A model generated the notes under the pieces. The model ran no database searches, was not told the origin of the DNA, and worked only from the letters and a program-made list of their open reading frames with translations. Both the position numbers and the translations under genes were made by a program. DNA of 64,000 nt from a virus, in the IMG/VR virus record IMGVR_UViG_3300044684_000361, positions 1 to 64,000 of that record; one strand, 5' to 3'. This document shows positions 9,037 to 16,857 of this stretch, piece by piece; positions within the stretch are counted from its first letter, which is position 1, and the number at the start of each line of letters is the position of its first letter.

Positions 9037-9302
9037 CAGACACTCACCCGACCGAGAATCTGCACCGCTGTCCAGACTGCAAGAATCAGTTTGTCCAGCC
9101 ATTCGTCTGCACCACCTGCGGCGCGCAGAAGCTGTACGACGAGACTGTGAGGCAACAGGCCCTAGAGATCGAACGCCTGCGCAATCACATCTTCAACGGC
9201 CAAGGGCTCATGCAGTACTACCTCGATCACTACGGTTCGACAGACGCGCAGTCGCACGAGGCACGGGTCTGGCTTGCAACCAAGATTGGAGATGCGACGT
9301 GA
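9033..9302 (+). CDS. Zn-ribbon protein
   Basis: CPDC..CTTC; ATGA coupling. Confidence 0.55.
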   Translation: MTDTHPTENLHRCPDCKNQFVQPFVCTTCGAQKLYDETVRQQALEIERLRNHIFNGQGLMQYYLDHYGSTDAQSHEARVWLATKIGDAT

Positions 9303-9793
9303 CCAAGGAAAACCGCCTCACTCTCGACACTGACAGTCGGGTGTTCTTTTACGAGCAAGACCATTACTACCTGTCGAACTTCTCGGCGTTCTGTATCCAT
9401 TGGCGCGGGTACGCGTTTTTTACCTCGGAGCATGCCTATCACTGGGCTCGCTTTGATCTGCCGGAGGGGCGCGGTCTGCTGCTGCAGGATTGCGTGCAGC
9501 GCGCACCCTCCGCTCACGCGGCGTTCCAATTCGCCCAAGCCGAGAAGCATAAGCAGCGTTCCGACTGGGATCTGATCAAGGTCCCGACGATGAAAGAGAT
9601 TCTGCTCGCGAAGGTCGAACAGCACGAGTATGTGAAGCGAAAGCTTCTCCAGTCGGCCGGGCGCGAGTTGGTTGAGAACTCCTGGCGCGACGCCTTCTGG
9701 GGTTGGGGTCCGAATCGGGACGGAAGGAACGAGTTGGGCAAGCTCTGGATGGAGATTCGCACAGAGCTTCTAAACAGGAGCGATGCACAGTGA
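9299..9793 (+). CDS. NADAR (YbiA/DUF1768)-family hydrolase
   Basis: LSNF, SEHAY, RSDWD..K..M, LVENSWRDAFWG and GRNELGKLWM motifs; GTGA overlap start. Confidence 0.9.
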   Translation: MTKENRLTLDTDSRVFFYEQDHYYLSNFSAFCIHWRGYAFFTSEHAYHWARFDLPEGRGLLLQDCVQRAPSAHAAFQFAQAEKHKQRSDWDLIKVPTMKEILLAKVEQHEYVKRKLLQSAGRELVENSWRDAFWGWGPNRDGRNELGKLWMEIRTELLNRSDAQ

Positions 9794-10920
9794 CCTCAAA
9801 CCAGCAGTTATCCGAAAGGCTGAACGCATTCGTTCGCAACATATGGTTCAGCCTCAGCCAATCGGAAAGGGAACTCCTGCAGGAGGCAGTGGCAGCCCTC
9901 AAGCGTTCTAATGGTGAAGCGTGTCCCACGTGCGCAAAGCTACGCGCCGAACTGGCTGATCCTCCTCCCGATGTGCAGGAGTTGGTCTTGCGTAAGCAAG
10001 GACTCTGGCCGCCAGCATCACCTGTCGAGACGAAAACACGTCACCTGCCACAGCACGAACAGTATTCGGTGCCGACAGTCGAGCGCATTCGGGAGGCGCA
10101 CAGTCAGGTCCCCACCGGCTGGTGGCAGTCACCCGGCAAAGTCAGCCCGGGACATCCGGTCTACGCCCAAGGCAACGACCCCTGCTATCTCTGTGTGCTT
10201 CTCGCGGAAATTGATCGGCTGCGTGCTGACTTGGAACGGCTCTCTATCGGTAGTCGTGGCAACGTCTGGGAAGAGGTTCGGGCGCTGCGATCAGCCCTGG
10301 ACCGCATCCGGGGGTTTCGTTGCTCGTCGTTCCGAAGTTACAAGGAGGACTTAGACGATATACGGGCGATCGCCCGAGAAGCGCTGTCAGATGTACGACA
10401 AGGCGAGACGTCCGGCGAGGAAGACGCGACGAAGCTACGTAGGCTCCTGGCCTTCTGCTACAGCAGCCACCGCCTGTATCTCGATGACGGGGAGATGCAG
10501 GACAACAGCGTACAGCCGTTCATTGACTGGAAACGGGACTCCGTGGATGAGATCGTTCGCAAGATTCATGAACGCGGGCTCGCGCAGATCATGCGATCTG
10601 TGGAAACGACTTCGGTTCCTGCCGCGCATCGCGCCGGGACTGAACCGCTGTCACGTTTGGCTGGCGATATCGAGTGGTGCCTTACCAAGATAAATCCCGA
10701 TACAGATGTCTATGCCACGCTACATCGGGTACAGACGGCGTTGAGAGGCGCAGTAGTGGAAACGACTGCGACTGTGGAGGATCGGGTTACCACCGAGGAT
10801 ATCAAAGTGGGCGCAACTGTCTTCAAGGCTGGCTGCCAGGTGCAAACCGTGCTCTCGCGTATCTACAGGGGGCTCAATCCGATGGAGAGAGCCGCTGAGA
10901 AAGCCAGAGGTGACGAATGA
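9790..10920 (+). CDS. Mosaic accessory protein
   Basis: Several short modules joined by VET/GET linkers. Confidence 0.6.
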   Translation: MTSNQQLSERLNAFVRNIWFSLSQSERELLQEAVAALKRSNGEACPTCAKLRAELADPPPDVQELVLRKQGLWPPASPVETKTRHLPQHEQYSVPTVERIREAHSQVPTGWWQSPGKVSPGHPVYAQGNDPCYLCVLLAEIDRLRADLERLSIGSRGNVWEEVRALRSALDRIRGFRCSSFRSYKEDLDDIRAIAREALSDVRQGETSGEEDATKLRRLLAFCYSSHRLYLDDGEMQDNSVQPFIDWKRDSVDEIVRKIHERGLAQIMRSVETTSVPAAHRAGTEPLSRLAGDIEWCLTKINPDTDVYATLHRVQTALRGAVVETTATVEDRVTTEDIKVGATVFKAGCQVQTVLSRIYRGLNPMERAAEKARGDE

Positions 10921-11102
10921 TCCTCGCAAAGCTCGGCGATGTCGTGAAGGTGAACGTCACACAACCGATTCCGCAGACATACGCGCTGACACTCGCTACA
11001 CCCGAGTCCGTCGCCTACGCCAACGAGCTATTGAACGATCCGGACAAAAGTGGCTGGTGGCTCGATAGCGGATCAGAGAACGGGAGAGATGAGCATGGCT
11101 GA
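10917..11102 (+). CDS. Hypothetical protein
   Basis: ATGA-coupled ORF. Confidence 0.5.
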   Translation: MILAKLGDVVKVNVTQPIPQTYALTLATPESVAYANELLNDPDKSGWWLDSGSENGRDEHG

Positions 11103-11328
11103 TTTGCCACTGATCGCAGCCATCAAAGCCGAAGGCATCCGCAAGGAGCTGTTTGACCGTTGTCGTCAGTCTCTCTATGGCGCGCAACGTGCCTCGGAAG
11201 AGGCAGCCAAGGATTCCTTTAAGAAGTTCACCTTGGAGTTGGCGAAGGCGCGGGCATTTCTGGACGAGGCTGACCTGATCCACGCCGAACTGCAGAAATG
11301 CTCATCCGAGAGCGAGTCAGCGCTATGA
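11095..11328 (+). CDS. Hypothetical helical protein
   Basis: Coupled ORF. Confidence 0.5.
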   Translation: MADLPLIAAIKAEGIRKELFDRCRQSLYGAQRASEEAAKDSFKKFTLELAKARAFLDEADLIHAELQKCSSESESAL

Positions 11329-11537
11329 ATTTCAGACTCGTTTGCCAGGCGCGTGAAAACCATCCGCACGGTGTCTACAGCGGCACGGATCGAAAGTACG
11401 TGCTGCAGTGCCGTCAGTCCGATCAAGAGCGCTGGCAGACAGTGCCGATCGCGGACTGGGATGAACTGCCAAGGCAGGAACAAGACGACATAGCGAGTGA
11501 CCTGAGAAGCGCACTGGGCAAGGCAGGTGACGTATGA
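11325..11537 (+). CDS. Hypothetical protein
   Basis: ATGA-coupled ORF. Confidence 0.5.
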   Translation: MNFRLVCQARENHPHGVYSGTDRKYVLQCRQSDQERWQTVPIADWDELPRQEQDDIASDLRSALGKAGDV

Positions 11538-11540
11538 AAC

Positions 11541-11614
11541 GGGCCCGTAGCTCAAAGGCAGAGCAGAGGAACTTCAAGTCCAAAGACGTGGGTTCGAATC
11601 CCACCGGGCTCTCC
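11541..11614 (+). tRNA. tRNA-like gene with an atypical anticodon arm (TCA-centred; possibly degenerate)
   Basis: Acceptor GGGCCCG/CGGGCTC, D arm GCTC-AAAGGCA-GAGC, T arm GTGGG-TTCGAAT-CCCAC; anticodon arm GGA(A)CT-TCA-AGTCC; ends TCCG rather than CCA. Confidence 0.75.
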
Positions 11615-11928
11615 GAATTCGAGGCCGTGGTGGTGCTGCGGGTCCGTCAACTTGGAGCCGATGCGAGCGATGCAGCAAACAGAATAGAGGCAAGCCTCAA
11701 AAGTGCGTTATGTGGAAAGCTTTTATTCCCGTCGAGGGAATCCCGTTCCGGTTTTTGGACCGATGCCTGCGCGACTCGCGTTCAGGCTCAGGGTCATACT
11801 GGCCAGGTGACCACGGTGTTGATGACAAAGGAGATCAGGGAAATGAGGTGAATTCCATGCTAGAGACCCTCCTGACAACCCTGAAGCGGATCGTGTTGTT
11901 TCCTTTCGTTCCTACTCAAGAGGTTGTC

Positions 11929-12363
11929 ATGAACAAATGTCTGTTTTTGAAGGTCAAGTTGAAATCGCTCATGGCCGAGGCGCGGATTATCCGCAAGGAG
12001 GAGCGGAAGCTCCTGCCCCCTCCGTTACCAAGGCCGCCAAAACAGGGATGTCCATCCGAGGAGTTGGTCCAGTATCACCTTGATAAGGCAACGGCCCGGG
12101 CCAGGCGAGCGGCCTGGAAGTACGATCATGAAAAGCGCGAAGCGCTCTACTTCCACCGCATCCGTGATGTCCGGGATGAGGCGCGGGCCACTCTCCTGGC
12201 CTATGGCTTCCTACGAGGACGTAAGTACCGCCAGATGGAAGCGCGCACGCGGGGCTTGGGCGAACCGACCTGGGGCCGGGTGATGAAGATGGTGGAGAAG
12301 TACGGTGGGAAGAGCCCGGAAGAAGCCTTCAAGGCGATCGAGGCCTGGAAGAAGGTCAAGTAA
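11929..12363 (+). CDS. Conserved basic phage protein of unknown function
   Basis: LKVKLKSLMAEARIIRKEE...VRDEARATLLAYGFLRGRKY motif; GAGG RBS. Confidence 0.7.
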   Translation: MNKCLFLKVKLKSLMAEARIIRKEERKLLPPPLPRPPKQGCPSEELVQYHLDKATARARRAAWKYDHEKREALYFHRIRDVRDEARATLLAYGFLRGRKYRQMEARTRGLGEPTWGRVMKMVEKYGGKSPEEAFKAIEAWKKVK

Positions 12364-12371
12364 AGCCGGAG

Positions 12372-12472
12372 ATATCTCACGGCCAGGAAGGCCGTGAGAT
12401 ATGGTGGTTGCGGGGGCACCCCCGCCAGACGGACGGTCCGGGTACTTGTCCGATGTCAGTCTACCGCAGACT
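12372..12472. other. Cluster of four hairpins between convergent genes
   Basis: ATATCTCACGGCC/GGCCGTGAGATAT, GCGGGG/CCCCGC, CGGAC/GTCCG, AGTCT/AGACT. Confidence 0.65.
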
Positions 12473-12742
12473 TTACCCGGCGCAAGAGGGCGCCTTCTCC
12501 TCTTTCTCGGCTCCCACGAGGACCTCCCGTTCGATCTCGGCATCGATCTCGGCCACGAGCTGGCGGATCATCTTTCTGGGCGGGATAGTCCACAGGCCCA
12601 CCACCAGTAGGCTCCTGGCTTTGAACAATAGCTCTCGCTTCTTGTCCTTCGACAGCTCTCCCAGGATCTCTATCTTGCTTTTCACCGGGACTGGGGGTTT
12701 CTCCGTTTCCCCCGCTGCCCGAAAGCGTTTGGGCCGTCCCAA
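12473..12742 (-). CDS. Hypothetical protein
   Basis: ORF downstream of the Cro-like gene. Confidence 0.45.
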   Translation of the reverse strand: MGRPKRFRAAGETEKPPVPVKSKIEILGELSKDKKRELLFKARSLLVVGLWTIPPRKMIRQLVAEIDAEIEREVLVGAEKEEKAPSCAG

Positions 12743-12748
12743 GGCTCG

Positions 12749-12994
12749 CTAATGCTTGCCGTGCCGGATCGCCCGAGCGCGTTCCAGCTGTCGCAGCCGC
12801 TTGCGCTCCTGGCGTTCGTAATGGTCCATGTTCAGCTCCTTGCCGGCCTTCCTCGCGAGGATCAAGGCGGCCCCCAGAGGAACCAGCCTGTCTTCGTCCC
12901 ATTGATAGACTGCCGAGCGATGTCGCGCCCCTTCTAATGCCTTGATGACCCCGGGGCGCCCATTGAAGATCTTCAAGGCTTCTCGCATATACAT
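12749..12994 (-). CDS. Cro-like HTH regulator
   Basis: EALKIFNG...IKAL....SAVYQW....VPLGAALIL resembles P22/N15 Cro; divergent from the early promoter. Confidence 0.7.
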   Translation of the reverse strand: MYMREALKIFNGRPGVIKALEGARHRSAVYQWDEDRLVPLGAALILARKAGKELNMDHYERQERKRLRQLERARAIRHGKH

Positions 12995-13039
12995 ATGGAT
13001 CACCATCTTACCTGATCTAGAAATTTTGCAAACTGACGT

Positions 13040-13068
13040 TTGACATGTTGTCTATGTATCTGTACATT
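13040..13068 (+). promoter_or_regulatory. Sigma-70 promoter overlapped by an operator (13049-13066)
   Basis: TTGACA-17 bp-TACATT; operator TGTCTAT-GTAT-CTGTACA. Confidence 0.85.
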
Positions 13069-13075
13069 CTCACCA

Positions 13076-13280
13076 ACGCGGCTGAGTCGGAAAGGTTCCC
13101 CTTTAGGCCTCATGGCCTACCGGAAACCAACTTCAGTTAGCCCCTGCGAAGCGCTTTCGACCCCAATCCTAGGCACACCGAAGTCGGCTTGGAGTTACGC
13201 TCCAGCCGAACCAGAGGTGAGCTGGCTCTTGTGGGAGGACCAGTAGCAGATGGAGGGACTAGGAGTCCTCCCAGCCGCGT
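13076..13280 (+). ncRNA. Candidate ~205-nt structured RNA / 5' leader
   Basis: Starts at the expected TSS; ends closed by ACGCGGCTG/CAGCCGCGT; at least five internal helices. Confidence 0.65.
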
Positions 13281-13315
13281 CCTTTGAGTGGTCATCATTT
13301 TTTAGGAGGGTCAAG

Positions 13316-13759
13316 ATGTCAACTGAGTCGGCGGCCGTGCAGTTGGTGGATTCCGCCTTCGCCCATGAGCAGGGGCCCGCAAAAGCCTATTCCTGCCTGT
13401 ATGAGTGCGGGGCCTTGGTCGCACAGCCGGGCTATGCCTGCGAGGCCTGCGCTGAAGCTGCGCTGCCCTTTGAGCTGCAAAAGCGCGAAGGGGATCACGT
13501 CTTTCTCAGCCGAGAACGCCTGGTCAAGGCGGGGTCTTATAAGGGGCAAGAACGTCGAATTCTTCTACGGCCCAGGAATCAGGAAGAAAAGAACGATCTC
13601 AAGAAAGCCTCCATCGCGCTCCTGGCGGCAGCCAAACATATCAACGCCAATTTTTCCTTCGCTACCTCCGCCGAGGGTCGGGATTTTTGGGAAGCCATAG
13701 TTCATATGCTCTGGGAGAAGGCTGGCGAGATGGAAGAGGCCCTGAAGAAGAAACCATAG
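13316..13759 (+). CDS. Early protein with N-terminal Cys motif
   Basis: AGGAGG RBS; CLYECG..CEAC. Confidence 0.65.
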   Translation: MSTESAAVQLVDSAFAHEQGPAKAYSCLYECGALVAQPGYACEACAEAALPFELQKREGDHVFLSRERLVKAGSYKGQERRILLRPRNQEEKNDLKKASIALLAAAKHINANFSFATSAEGRDFWEAIVHMLWEKAGEMEEALKKKP

Positions 13760-13761
13760 CC

Positions 13762-14040
13762 ATGCCGCAGCTCTATCCTTGTGTGACCTGCGGTCAGCAG
13801 TTGAACCTCCTTGAGGGACTCAACTGCCAACGTTGTGCCGCCCAAGAAAATACCCAGCAGGCTGCGAATATACCACTGGGGGATGAGTCTTTGGCGGCGC
13901 TCCGGAAGAAGAGGGCCCTGGCTTTGGCAACTGATCTCGCCACGGCGTTTCCTTGGGTCAGTACGAAGCAAGGCACTTACTATTGGGGGGAAGTTTTTTC
14001 CCATTTGATGTCGTTGTCGCAAGGGGAGGGATGGGAATGA
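13762..14040 (+). CDS. Early Zn-finger protein
   Basis: CVTC..CQRC; C-terminus (F-x-(F/W)...(E/Q)G..(F/Y)W) resembles the upstream ORF. Confidence 0.6.
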   Translation: MPQLYPCVTCGQQLNLLEGLNCQRCAAQENTQQAANIPLGDESLAALRKKRALALATDLATAFPWVSTKQGTYYWGEVFSHLMSLSQGEGWE

Positions 14041-14546
14041 CCGCTGCAGAAGAGGCCCTGAGAAAAGGGGTGTTGGACAAACTTGAGATCTTACGTCACG
14101 CCATGGAACGCCAAGGCTATCTGCACCCCATGGCGATCGTAGAGAACTGCGATGGTCAAACAGCTCTAATGGTATTCCCCGATGGGCCACCCCGGACGGA
14201 AGCACTCATTGCCTTGTGCCGGAGCCATCAATGCTCCCGCCTTTATGTGGCCGGAGAGATGTGGAAAGTGCGTCGTGCTGGCCTCAAGGAGGCCCTCAAG
14301 GCGGTTCCCTCCAAGTGCGAGGATCGTGAGGAAATCATCGGCGTACAGGCGATCGATCGACATTCGTCCATTGTGGTATGCGCCTCCTTGACCATTGACC
14401 GCCGTGGAGATGGCTCCCCGTTTTTCCCAAGGGAGCCGGAACTTTTGTTTTCCCCGAAAGGGGCTTTTTTTGGCTCCATGCCAACGCATGAGCAGCTCTG
14501 GGGTGATGAAAAAGTCCATTCAATACCAAAAGCGAGGGTTAATTGA
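14037..14546 (+). CDS. Hypothetical protein
   Basis: ATGA-coupled ORF. Confidence 0.6.
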   Translation: MTAAEEALRKGVLDKLEILRHAMERQGYLHPMAIVENCDGQTALMVFPDGPPRTEALIALCRSHQCSRLYVAGEMWKVRRAGLKEALKAVPSKCEDREEIIGVQAIDRHSSIVVCASLTIDRRGDGSPFFPREPELLFSPKGAFFGSMPTHEQLWGDEKVHSIPKARVN

Positions 14547-14797
14547 TGAGCATAAGCAATTATATCTGCGCAGTGGAGCGCTGTGGCAACAAGCTCTCTG
14601 GTCGCGCTCGAACCAACATCTGCCCGAGGTGCCAGGCCGTGGCCCGCTACTGGCGCAATCCCGAGCGCGGGCTCGATGCCATCCTGACACGCCAGATCAA
14701 GTTGGATCTGTGGCAAGCCCGTATGATTTATCTAGGAGGTGTAGACAAGTCCTATGCAAAAGCCCGAAAAGTCATTAGTGCCTCTCGGTCCGCGTGA
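14546..14797 (+). CDS. Cys-rich small protein
   Basis: CAVERC..CPRC. Confidence 0.55.
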   Translation: MSISNYICAVERCGNKLSGRARTNICPRCQAVARYWRNPERGLDAILTRQIKLDLWQARMIYLGGVDKSYAKARKVISASRSA

Positions 14798-15284
14798 AAA
14801 AGAGATTCTCGCGCATATCAAGGCTGGCAAGAACGTGAAGGAGATCGCCGAGGCCATGGGGATCATGACCAAGAGCGTGCCGGCATATGCTTCCATGCTC
14901 CGCGCAAAGGGATACTTGCCGCCTATTCCGCCGAAGGACGGAAGGCGCAGGCGTACGGAACCTCCGGTGACTCGTGAGGAGGTGGAGAAAGAGAAACTTG
15001 AAAAGGTGCGGGCGAAGGAATCCACGGGGCTTGCGATCCAGCAGGTGGAATCGCGAATGCCCGCTGAGCCGCCTCCGGCCGCTATCGCGGATGTGGAAAC
15101 CCATAATCGCCGCAGGCGGCGTGGCAGTGGCGACGGCGACTATCGCTCGTCGAAGGTATCCATCACGACGCGTGTATTGGCAGAAGAATTGGATAAGTCA
15201 ATCCAACAGTACATTGCTGAAGGGGGGCGCCTGGAAAAGTGGCACCGCTGGGCGATCGTGCTGTGCGGATCGATCCTTGAGTGA
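14754..15284 (+). CDS. LuxR-type HTH DNA-binding protein
   Basis: LGPREKEILAHIKAGKNVKEIAEAMGIMTKSV. Confidence 0.7.
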   Translation: MQKPEKSLVPLGPREKEILAHIKAGKNVKEIAEAMGIMTKSVPAYASMLRAKGYLPPIPPKDGRRRRTEPPVTREEVEKEKLEKVRAKESTGLAIQQVESRMPAEPPPAAIADVETHNRRRRRGSGDGDYRSSKVSITTRVLAEELDKSIQQYIAEGGRLEKWHRWAIVLCGSILE

Positions 15285-15290
15285 AAGCAG

Positions 15291-15320
15291 TTGAACTTAT
15301 TGTACAGCCCGCTGTACTCT
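15291..15320 (+). promoter_or_regulatory. Promoter with operator TGTACAG-CCCG-CTGTACT (15301-15318)
   Basis: TTGAAC-18 bp-TACTCT; intergenic, before a strong RBS. Confidence 0.7.
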
Positions 15321-15342
15321 AACATTGTAGGAAGGAGGAGAT

Positions 15343-15588
15343 ATGGCTCTCACACGAGCCCAGATCGATGTATTACGGTATGCCCTGGCTGACTCAGTCT
15401 ACGAAGCCGATGGCATCACCTTACATGCCTGGATGCCTTTCAAGGGCGCGCCGGGCCGTGCTGTTATCAAGGCGCTGAAACGAAAGGGATTCCTGGGGGA
15501 GAATGGTCGCGCCACTGAGGCCGGGCGGGGGGCGCTGCTTACCTCTCCCGAGGCCTCCTCAGAGAGGAGGTCCGATGATGCGCTTTGA
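15343..15588 (+). CDS. Small winged-helix-like protein
   Basis: AGGAGG RBS; LTRAQ..L...KALKRKGFL....ATEAGRGAL. Confidence 0.55.
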   Translation: MALTRAQIDVLRYALADSVYEADGITLHAWMPFKGAPGRAVIKALKRKGFLGENGRATEAGRGALLTSPEASSERRSDDAL

Positions 15589-16399
15589 GGTGCAAAAGGT
15601 TACTCCTGAGCAGGCTGAGAAGTGGCTGACCCGCAATGAGGGTAATCGAAAGCTACGCGAGGCGCGAGCCGCTGGGCTATCCAGAGCGATCCTGGCCGGC
15701 AAATGGAGTCTGACCCATCAGGCTATTGCCTTTTCCAAACGGGGCCGGCTTCTGGATGGGCAGCATCGCCTGCGTGCCATCGTGCTCGCCAGACAGCCCG
15801 TTGAGGTGGTGGTGGCCTATGACGTGCCTGATGAGGCCTTCGCCTATATGGATGCGGGTCTCCCCCGGCAAATGTATGAGCGTTTGCGCAAAGACAAACG
15901 GCATACCGCCATCTGCTCCACGGTCTTTCGCCTCCTACAGAGCAACCGCGTACCCCAGGAGCACGAAGCGGAGCTGCTCATGGAAACCTTTGGCCCCGCG
16001 ATGCTGAAGATGGACCAGATCACGCGTCCCACGACGGCTCGCAATGTGATCAAGGCGGCCCCCTATGAAGGGGCGATCATGCTGCGGATCAAGGAAGCGA
16101 TGATGGACAGCGATGAGGACCGGGTCCAGAAAATCAACTTCCACATGGAAAAGCTGCGCAAGGGAGAGATTTCGCTCCTGCCGCCGATCCTACAATCCTT
16201 TTACCGCCAGACCGCTGAAGGGGTGAAGAATCCTGAGATCGGCGTCTCACCCGTGACAGACAAATTTGTGCGTACATGGATCGCTTTTGATCCAGCCAAG
16301 GAGGATACTTCGCGCCTTCAGGTGAGCGACCATCGTACCGCCACACTGGAAGCGCAGGCCGTATTTCACGAAGCCACCCAGGGGATCTTTGATGACTGA
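15575..16399 (+). CDS. ParB/Srx-like (DGQHR) domain protein
   Basis: VTPEQAEKWL..N..NR and GRLLDGQHRLRAIV motifs. Confidence 0.75.
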   Translation: MMRFEVQKVTPEQAEKWLTRNEGNRKLREARAAGLSRAILAGKWSLTHQAIAFSKRGRLLDGQHRLRAIVLARQPVEVVVAYDVPDEAFAYMDAGLPRQMYERLRKDKRHTAICSTVFRLLQSNRVPQEHEAELLMETFGPAMLKMDQITRPTTARNVIKAAPYEGAIMLRIKEAMMDSDEDRVQKINFHMEKLRKGEISLLPPILQSFYRQTAEGVKNPEIGVSPVTDKFVRTWIAFDPAKEDTSRLQVSDHRTATLEAQAVFHEATQGIFDD

Positions 16400-16850
16400 T
16401 TACGAAGGTATCTTCATGAAGGCAGCCGAGCAGGCCCGTGAGGGACTGGGGAAGGTGGAGCTGTTGATCCCTTTTCTCGCGATGTCGATGCTGCAGGCGG
16501 TAGCTCACTTCCAGAAAACCGGTGATCCGGTGGGGGAGCAGTTGTTAGGTGGGCTCTACCATATCCTCCAAAAGGAAGTTATACAGCCTGGGAGCCTATG
16601 CTTGGAATGTACCACTCGACGGATGAAGGGGAGGCAGAGCGCTGCGTTCGAGATCACGGTCACAGCGATCGCGATCGCGATCGGTAACTACTTCGGTCAT
16701 TCTGGCGACTGTCAGAAAGCCTTCCGGCAAATGCAGGATCGGATGGATCGAGAGGCGGTAGATCCAGCAAAAACGCGCGATGCGGCACAGCGCTTTGGAC
16801 AACAGCTGTGCGCGCTCATGAGTAGTAAGTTCGGCATGCAGCAGGGTTGA
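16392..16850 (+). CDS. Hypothetical protein
   Basis: Overlapping ORF within the operon. Confidence 0.55.
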   Translation: MTDYEGIFMKAAEQAREGLGKVELLIPFLAMSMLQAVAHFQKTGDPVGEQLLGGLYHILQKEVIQPGSLCLECTTRRMKGRQSAAFEITVTAIAIAIGNYFGHSGDCQKAFRQMQDRMDREAVDPAKTRDAAQRFGQQLCALMSSKFGMQQG

Positions 16851-16857
16851 AAAAACA

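Noticed and set aside
11541-11614. Selenocysteine tRNA or genome-wide TGA recoding
   Set aside because: No long variable arm or extended acceptor stem; many genes end in TGA with ATGA overlaps and conserved genes are not interrupted
13076-13280. Cobalamin riboswitch or RNase P identity for the structured RNA
   Set aside because: Only fragments resemble them (AGGTTCC, AGGAGTCCTCC, GGAAAG); the core conserved elements are missing
13040-13315. ORF 13040-13246 and the N-terminal extension of ORF 13250
   Set aside because: The first starts inside the -35 box; the strong AGGAGG RBS points to ATG 13316
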